DNA from: Bacillota bacterium
GTDB taxonomy: Bacteria > Bacillota_I > Bacilli_A > Erysipelotrichales > Erysipelotrichaceae
NCBI GenBank assembly: GCA_023426935.1
Contig: JAEZBR010000071.1
Coordinates: 12,859 to 76,858, forward strand
DNA: 64,000 nucleotides
Direction of reading: 5' to 3'
Shown here: positions 58,458 to 64,000 of the stretch, piece after piece
Position numbering within the stretch: position 1 is the stretch's first letter
Layout of the letters: the number at the start of each line of letters is the position of its first letter
The notes under the pieces: generated by a model
Seen by the model: the letters and a program-made list of their open reading frames with translations, nothing else
Told to the model about the DNA's origin: nothing
Database searches by the model: none
Position numbers and translations under genes: made by a program

Positions 58458-59303
58458 TCACATTCTATAATTATAAGTAAAGCCCTCACCAAAAACCTCT
58501 TTTGAATTGCTAGCAAAAACGAATGCTTTAGAGTCAATTCTGTTAATATATTCAATAATTTTTGGATATTGCTTTTGAGATATGATTACAAACAGAATCT
58601 TCTTAGGGTCATTTTTATATCCTCCCAAGGCATTTATGACAGTAGAACCACGTTTTAAAACATCATGAATATATAAATTAATAATACTAGAATTATTACT
58701 AATAATAAATAGTGCACATGAACTTGAAGTTTTAGGTTTAAGAATTTGTTGAATTACTATGTTAGCCATGAGTATTGATAACAAACCAATTATAAATTCA
58801 TCCAATCCGGCAATTGCCAAACCAAAACAGGCAATTAAACCATCAATAATTATACCAAGTTTAGATATACTTAAGCCGGTATATTTATGTAAAACAAGAA
58901 TTAAAGCATCTGTCCCACCTGTAGAACCGTTATTTTTAAACACGATACCAATTCCAACGCCTGATATAATTCCCCCTATTATACTTGCAGTAATATTTGA
59001 ACAAAAAAAAGAATAATTAATTTTAGATATCAGTGAGAGAAAAATTGGATAGGTTATTGCACAGACAACGGTTTTAAATGCAAATTCTTTACCTAAAAAC
59101 AATGAACCTAAGATAAAGAAAGATAAGTTAAGTAAGTTAAGCAATAAAACCTTATCAATAAAGAATAAATCATTTATTATATTAACAATTCCTGCTAAGC
59201 CTCCAGATAGTATATTATAAGGCAGTATGAAAAAGTTGATTGCAAACACTAATAAAGCATTACCTATTATGATATTCAAATAAGATATAATTTTGTAATT
59301 CAT
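58458..59303 (-). CDS. YitT-family membrane protein with DUF2179 C-terminal domain
   Basis: Multi-TM with GSTGGTD motif and a C-terminal GGY..........Q...I...I....D..AF pattern. Confidence 0.8.
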   Translation of the reverse strand: MNYKIISYLNIIIGNALLVFAINFFILPYNILSGGLAGIVNIINDLFFIDKVLLLNLLNLSFFILGSLFLGKEFAFKTVVCAITYPIFLSLISKINYSFFCSNITASIIGGIISGVGIGIVFKNNGSTGGTDALILVLHKYTGLSISKLGIIIDGLIACFGLAIAGLDEFIIGLLSILMANIVIQQILKPKTSSSCALFIISNNSSIINLYIHDVLKRGSTVINALGGYKNDPKKILFVIISQKQYPKIIEYINRIDSKAFVFASNSKEVFGEGFTYNYRM

Positions 59304-59516
59304 TTAATGTCTCCTTGAAGCTAAGTAAGCGATAATACTATTTTTATATTTTTTAAATTAATGGTCAATGGTAATAAAGAACACATTTAACGTTTTGTTT
59401 TGGATGTTTGTCCAGTTGATTGCAAAAATGTTTTGGTCGATACTAGAAATAGTCAAACAGGATTCGTGTTGATCCTGGTAGTTTCAAGATAATTTCATGA
59501 AAGGAGATATGAAATA

Positions 59517-60683
59517 ATGAAAAGACTGATTACTATTTTAGTAACCGCATTACTTATAATTTCGTTGACTGGGTGTGGAAGTAAATCGAATTCAGATAAG
59601 ATTGTATTAGGTTACATAGGCCCACTTACAGGGGAGTCTGCACTATGGGGTGAAGTAGAATCTGATACGATAAAAATGCTTGTGGAAAAGACTAATAAGG
59701 AAGGTGGAATAATCGGAAAACAAATTGAACTAAAAGTTTATGATAATCGTGGTGATCCAGTTGAGACGACAAATGCTGCTAGAAAAGCCATTCAAAATGA
59801 TGGCGTTATAGCGTTTATTGGCCCAGACGCTTCTTCTGGAGCAATTGCTCTAGATGAAGTATGTGAAGAGTATAAAATACCTCATATTACAACTACAGGT
59901 ACAAACTATAAAGTAACACAAAACGAAGAAGACGGCTCAGTAAGACCATATGCATTTAGAATTTGTCTTTCAGATCCTCAGCTTGGAGATGTAATGGCAG
60001 GTTATGCTTATGATAAATTGAATTACCGAAAAATTGCTATTATTTATGAAATCAGTAGTGAATATTCATTAGGAATCACCCAAAACTTTACAGATTCATT
60101 TGAAAAAAAAGGTGGCAAAATAGTAATTACTGAAGGTTATAAAACTGGCGATGTTGATTTTAGAGCTCAATTATCAAAAATTCAGAATTACTCAGATTTT
60201 GATGCTTTAATGATTCCTGCTAATTATAAAGAGGTTGGTTTGATTTCAGTTCAATCAAGACAAATGGGAATTGGAAAACCATTATTAGGAGTAGATGCAT
60301 GGATGATGGAAGACTTGTTTACAATTGCAACAGATCAAGTGCAGGGCGCAATATTCCCTTGTGCTATGGATGTTAATGCGGATAGCTTAAAAGATTTTAA
60401 AGAAGAGTTTCAGGAAAAATGGAATATGGATCCAGATAAAGCTGGCACAGATGCATATTTTGCTTACGATTGTTTTACGGTAATAAAGAATGCCATAGAG
60501 CAAAGTAATTCTGTTAATCCAGAAGATATACGCGATGCAATAGAAAACACAAAAGATTTGCAATGCTTAACTAGTGTTATCTCATTCAATCCAAAAACGC
60601 ACAATCCAGTAAGAACAGCAGCAATTTATAGAATTGAAGGCACAGAGTTTGTTAAGGTAGATGAATATAGGTGTGATGAATAA
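59517..60683 (+). CDS. ABC transporter substrate-binding lipoprotein, HAAT (Peripla_BP_6) type, second copy
   Basis: Signal peptide plus lipobox LTGC. IVLGYIGPLTGE...GGIIGKQIELKVYD pattern parallels the 44250 protein. Confidence 0.85.
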   Translation: MKRLITILVTALLIISLTGCGSKSNSDKIVLGYIGPLTGESALWGEVESDTIKMLVEKTNKEGGIIGKQIELKVYDNRGDPVETTNAARKAIQNDGVIAFIGPDASSGAIALDEVCEEYKIPHITTTGTNYKVTQNEEDGSVRPYAFRICLSDPQLGDVMAGYAYDKLNYRKIAIIYEISSEYSLGITQNFTDSFEKKGGKIVITEGYKTGDVDFRAQLSKIQNYSDFDALMIPANYKEVGLISVQSRQMGIGKPLLGVDAWMMEDLFTIATDQVQGAIFPCAMDVNADSLKDFKEEFQEKWNMDPDKAGTDAYFAYDCFTVIKNAIEQSNSVNPEDIRDAIENTKDLQCLTSVISFNPKTHNPVRTAAIYRIEGTEFVKVDEYRCDE

Positions 60684-60693
60684 TATTTAAATT

Positions 60694-60733
60694 AAGCATC
60701 TGACATGATTAAACTAATTCATGTCAGATGCTT
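60694..60733 (+). promoter_or_regulatory. Strong intra-operon hairpin after the binding-protein gene
   Basis: 15-bp perfect stem aagcatctgacatga / tcatgtcagatgctt, 10-nt loop, no T-run. Confidence 0.6.
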
Positions 60734-60753
60734 ATTAAGGAGGGAAAACTTTA

Positions 60754-61635
60754 ATGACTATGTTTTTACAAGAGCTTGTTAATGGACTATCCGTAGGTAG
60801 CGTCTATGCACTTATGGCAGTTGGATATTCGTTGATATATAGCTTATTGAATTTTACAAACTTTGCCCATAGTATTGCGGTAACTTTAGGTGCTTATGCT
60901 GCGTTTTTTTTCTTGTCTTATGTTGCTGGTAATATATATTTTGGAATTATCGCAGCGATATTAGTCTCAGGTTTAATTTCTATTCTAATTGAACAATTAG
61001 GATATAGTACGCTATTAAAGAAAAAAGCTCAAAGAATATATCTACTAATAACTGGGTTAGGTATATCAACAATGTGTGAAAATTTAGTTATCATATTTTT
61101 CTCTAGTCGCTTCAGAGTATACCCAGTAAATTTTTCGAATGAGTTAATAAAAATATTTGGAATTAATGTTGGGAAAGTAGATGTAATAATTTTTGCTGCC
61201 AGCATGGTTGCTTTGATTTTAGTAGAACTCTTTATTCACAGAACTAGGTATGGGTTAGCCATCAGGGGAGCTTCATTTGATTTAAATACAACATCATTGA
61301 TGGGCGTAAATGTGCAATTATTAATAGTAATTGTATTTATGATGGCTGGTGCACTGGCGGGATTGGCCGGAGCGTTATTAGGGGCTAAGTATACCGCATT
61401 CCCAGCTCTTGGAACTAATATGACAAATAAAGCATTTATAAGCTCTGTATTTGGCGGTCTTGGAAGTATTCCCGGGGCAGTTTTCGGAGCTATGGTTCTA
61501 GGCGTTGGAGAAACATTTATTTCAGCATATATATCTTCTTCAGCAAGAGATATATTTGCATATATTCTTCTTGTTGTAATTTTGTTTATTAAGCCAACTG
61601 GTTTGATGGGCAAATCGACGATTGATAAGGCATGA
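60754..61635 (+). CDS. HAAT-family ABC permease (LivH-like), second copy
   Basis: LQELVNGLSVGSVYALMAVG N-terminus, multi-TM, AGGAGGG RBS. Confidence 0.88.
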   Translation: MTMFLQELVNGLSVGSVYALMAVGYSLIYSLLNFTNFAHSIAVTLGAYAAFFFLSYVAGNIYFGIIAAILVSGLISILIEQLGYSTLLKKKAQRIYLLITGLGISTMCENLVIIFFSSRFRVYPVNFSNELIKIFGINVGKVDVIIFAASMVALILVELFIHRTRYGLAIRGASFDLNTTSLMGVNVQLLIVIVFMMAGALAGLAGALLGAKYTAFPALGTNMTNKAFISSVFGGLGSIPGAVFGAMVLGVGETFISAYISSSARDIFAYILLVVILFIKPTGLMGKSTIDKA

Positions 61636-61648
61636 GGAGGTAAGCAAT

Positions 61649-62548
61649 ATGCAATATTGGGTGGGAGTTGCAACGGTAACTTGTATTTATATGATTGCAA
61701 TACTTGGCGTATCAATTCTTACAGGATTTACTGGGCAATTTAGTATGGGGCATGCTGGCTTTATGGCAATTGGCGCATATACATCAGCCTTGCTTACAAA
61801 AGCAACAAATTGTCCAATTTTCGTTGGAATAATTGCAGGAATGCTTGTTTCTTTGACTGTTGGATTAATAATTGGCTATCCTACATTGAAACTTAAAGGT
61901 GATTATTTTGTAATTGCTACTTTAGGTATTGGTGAAGTCACTAAATTATTGATAGAAAACATGTCCGATTTTACTGGTGGAGCAAGAGGAGTAACAGATA
62001 TTCCGCATGGATCAAGTTTTTTGGAAGTGTTCATTGTGTTAATAGTTGTAGTGTTTCTGCTTTTTAGATTTATTAAATCAAAGCAAGGCAGAAACTGTAT
62101 TGCTGTAAGAGAAGATGAACTGGCAGCAGAATCAATTGGTACAAATGTTTTCAGATATAAAATGCTGGCTATGGGTATTAGTTGTGTATTGTGTGGGCTA
62201 TCAGGGGGATTATTGGCTCATTATATGCATTATCTAAATCCTACAATGTTTAACACTATCATGTCTGATCAATTAGTGATGACTGTCATATTAGGAGGAT
62301 GTGGTTCCATAAGTGGAACAATAATTGCTTCATTGGTTTTGGTTCCACTACCAGAAATTCTCAGATTTGGTTCCGTACAAGAATGGAGGATGTTCTTTTA
62401 TGGGTTACTAGTTGTTTTAGTCATAATTTTCCGACCTGCAGGATTAATGGGGACAAAAGAACTATCTATTAAAAACATTAAATCCTGGGTTCTATCAGTA
62501 AAAAACAATCAACATGAATATATTAAGAAAAGGAAGAAATCACTATGA
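61649..62548 (+). CDS. HAAT-family ABC permease (LivM-like), second copy
   Basis: GQFSMGHAGFMAIGAY motif. Start at ATG 61649 behind GAGGAGG. Confidence 0.88.
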   Translation: MQYWVGVATVTCIYMIAILGVSILTGFTGQFSMGHAGFMAIGAYTSALLTKATNCPIFVGIIAGMLVSLTVGLIIGYPTLKLKGDYFVIATLGIGEVTKLLIENMSDFTGGARGVTDIPHGSSFLEVFIVLIVVVFLLFRFIKSKQGRNCIAVREDELAAESIGTNVFRYKMLAMGISCVLCGLSGGLLAHYMHYLNPTMFNTIMSDQLVMTVILGGCGSISGTIIASLVLVPLPEILRFGSVQEWRMFFYGLLVVLVIIFRPAGLMGTKELSIKNIKSWVLSVKNNQHEYIKKRKKSL

Positions 62549-63330
62549 CACAAGATAATATTCTAGTTTTAAATCATGTAACTAAAAATTTTGGTGGAAT
62601 AGTGGCATCGAACGATATTTCGATCGTGGTTCCAAAGGGTAGTATTTATGGAATCATTGGACCTAACGGTGCTGGAAAAACAACTTTATTCAACATTATA
62701 ACTGGTGTATATAATCCTACTTCTGGGGAAGTCTTGTTTAAAGGTAAAAAAATAAATGGTTTGTCGACGCACAATATATCTAAACTTGGTATAGCTAGAA
62801 CATTTCAAAATATCAGATTATTTGATTCTTTATCAATATATGATAACCTTTTAACAGCATGTACAAATCATATTTCATATGGATTAATAAACGGATTGCT
62901 TCATTCACCAAAATATAAGGTACAAGAAAAAGAGGCAAGTGAAATATGTTGTGAGTTGCTTAAAGAAATTGGACTATATGAAATAAGGAATAATCCAGCT
63001 AATAGTCTTCCTTACGGTATGCAAAGACGTTTAGAAATAGCGAGAGCATTGGCAACTGAACCAAAACTTATTCTTTTGGATGAACCAGCTGCAGGGATGA
63101 ACGGTGAAGAATCAGAAAAATTATCATTGTTTATTAAAAGAATACATGATAATCGTAAAATATCAATAATAATAATAGACCATCATATGGACGTAATTAT
63201 GGATGTATGTCAATTTATCAGTGTTCTAGATTTTGGCAGTTTGATAGCGGAAGGTAAACCAGAAGATATTCAAAAAAATCCAACTGTAATAGAAGCATAT
63301 TTGGGGGCGGATGACGATGTTAAAAATTAA
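62545..63330 (+). CDS. HAAT-family ABC ATPase (LivG-like), second copy
   Basis: GPNGAGKTT, LPYGMQRRLEIARAL, ILLDEPAAG. Confidence 0.9.
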   Translation: MTQDNILVLNHVTKNFGGIVASNDISIVVPKGSIYGIIGPNGAGKTTLFNIITGVYNPTSGEVLFKGKKINGLSTHNISKLGIARTFQNIRLFDSLSIYDNLLTACTNHISYGLINGLLHSPKYKVQEKEASEICCELLKEIGLYEIRNNPANSLPYGMQRRLEIARALATEPKLILLDEPAAGMNGEESEKLSLFIKRIHDNRKISIIIIDHHMDVIMDVCQFISVLDFGSLIAEGKPEDIQKNPTVIEAYLGADDDVKN

Positions 63331-64000
63331 CAATTTACATTATCAATATGGTAAAATTCAAGCACTTCGTGGCGTAAATTTTAAAATTGAAGACGGGGAA
63401 ATAATGGCAATAGTAGGCGCTAATGGGGCGGGTAAATCAACCTTAATGAAGTGTATAGCAGGTTTGCTTAAACCCCAAAAAGGAGAAGTTTTAATAGATA
63501 ATGAAAAGTTGGAAAGTTCTCCAAATTTAGTAGTTAAAAAAGGTATTTGCCTTGTCCCTGAAGGAAGAATGATATTTCCAAATCTTACAGTAGAAGAAAA
63601 TTTACTTTTGGGCGGATATACAATAAAAAATCGTGAGCCAGGGATAGAAAACTCATATAAGATGTTTCCTAGACTTAAAGAACGTAAGGATCAAAGCGCC
63701 GGAACTTTATCTGGCGGTGAACAACAAATGCTAGCAATTGCTAGAGGTCTTATGGCTAATCCTAAAATATTGTTATTAGATGAACCTAGCTTAGGCTTAG
63801 CACCATTGCTTGTTAATGAGATAATGCAGATTATAACAACAATAAATAAAAAAGGCACAACAGTTTTACTAGTTGAACAGAATGCAAGAAAGGCTTTATC
63901 TATTGCAACACATGCCTGTGTTTTAGAGCAAGGCGTAATAGTAAAAGAAGGAACAGGAGTTGAATTGGCAGCAGATCAATCGATTATAAACTCATATTTG
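63311..64000 (+). CDS. HAAT-family ABC ATPase (LivF-like), second copy, 3' end beyond the window (absent from the ORF track)
   Basis: My translation is [44 protein letters not shown]...[15 protein letters not shown]...[10 protein letters not shown]. The frame is open to nt 64000. Confidence 0.85.
   Translation, partial: MTMLKINNLHYQYGKIQALRGVNFKIEDGEIMAIVGANGAGKSTLMKCIAGLLKPQKGEVLIDNEKLESSPNLVVKKGICLVPEGRMIFPNLTVEENLLLGGYTIKNREPGIENSYKMFPRLKERKDQSAGTLSGGEQQMLAIARGLMANPKILLLDEPSLGLAPLLVNEIMQIITTINKKGTTVLLVEQNARKALSIATHACVLEQGVIVKEGTGVELAADQSIINSYL

Noticed and set aside
59490-59519. Mini-ORF MKGDMK overlapping the start of the second binding-protein gene (possible leader peptide)
   Set aside because: The apparent ORF is created by the AAAGGAG Shine-Dalgarno and spacer of the real gene. 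No attenuator structure follows it.
1-64000. Search for tRNA, rRNA, CRISPR repeats, IS elements or integrases
   Set aside because: Visual inspection of the intergenic regions showed no cloverleaf-type conserved arms, no regularly spaced direct repeats, and no transposase or recombinase motifs. Absence should be confirmed with tRNAscan-SE/Infernal/ISEScan-type tools.

Overview
Low-GC Bacillota-type chromosome segment with no rRNA, tRNA, CRISPR array, transposase or integrase visible by eye. nt 1-37,000 is a conserved housekeeping backbone with Bacillus-like gene order: mfd-rqcP-divIC, gpmI, tmk-holB-ricT-rsmI, a Met T-box leader plus metG, type III glutamine synthetase, mnmG, rsmG-noc-soj-spo0J, then a polyphosphate block (ppk1, ppk2, pfk) and an ADH/ALDH pair. 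Sporulation genes normally found in these neighbourhoods (spoVT, yabP/yabQ) are absent. From about 37 kb the codon style changes (far fewer CpG-containing codons by eye) and the content becomes accessory. It starts with an AbiEi/AbiEii type IV toxin-antitoxin abortive-infection pair and a decayed XRE-family gene, followed by a second Fe-ADH. Next is a leftward eda(VOC-fused)-kdgK-FucI/AraA-like isomerase operon. Diverging from it is a tightly packed 14-gene rightward operon (44.25-58.26 kb). That operon couples a branched-chain-amino-acid-type (HAAT) ABC importer to an IlvD/Edd dehydratase, a LacI regulator, a ketose-3-epimerase-like TIM barrel, an Fe-S Old-Yellow-Enzyme-like flavoprotein, Zn-ADH, SDR, a 651-aa FAD protein and an alpha/beta hydrolase. 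The two divergent operons share an identical 12-nt LacI/cre-type operator core. I consider this locus the best candidate for an undescribed catabolic system. The last 5.7 kb is even more AT-rich and carries a YitT membrane protein and a second complete HAAT ABC importer, whose last gene runs off the window. Other points worth a second look are listed below.
- A pfk-ppk2 operon whose PFK has an unusual phosphoryl-donor-site signature.
- An orphan prepilin-like protein with CBM5/12-like C-terminal repeats.
- A lipoprotein alpha/beta hydrolase lacking its nucleophile serine.
- An unannotated 52-aa ribbon-helix-helix-like ORF.
All family assignments are motif recognition by eye, not database searches.
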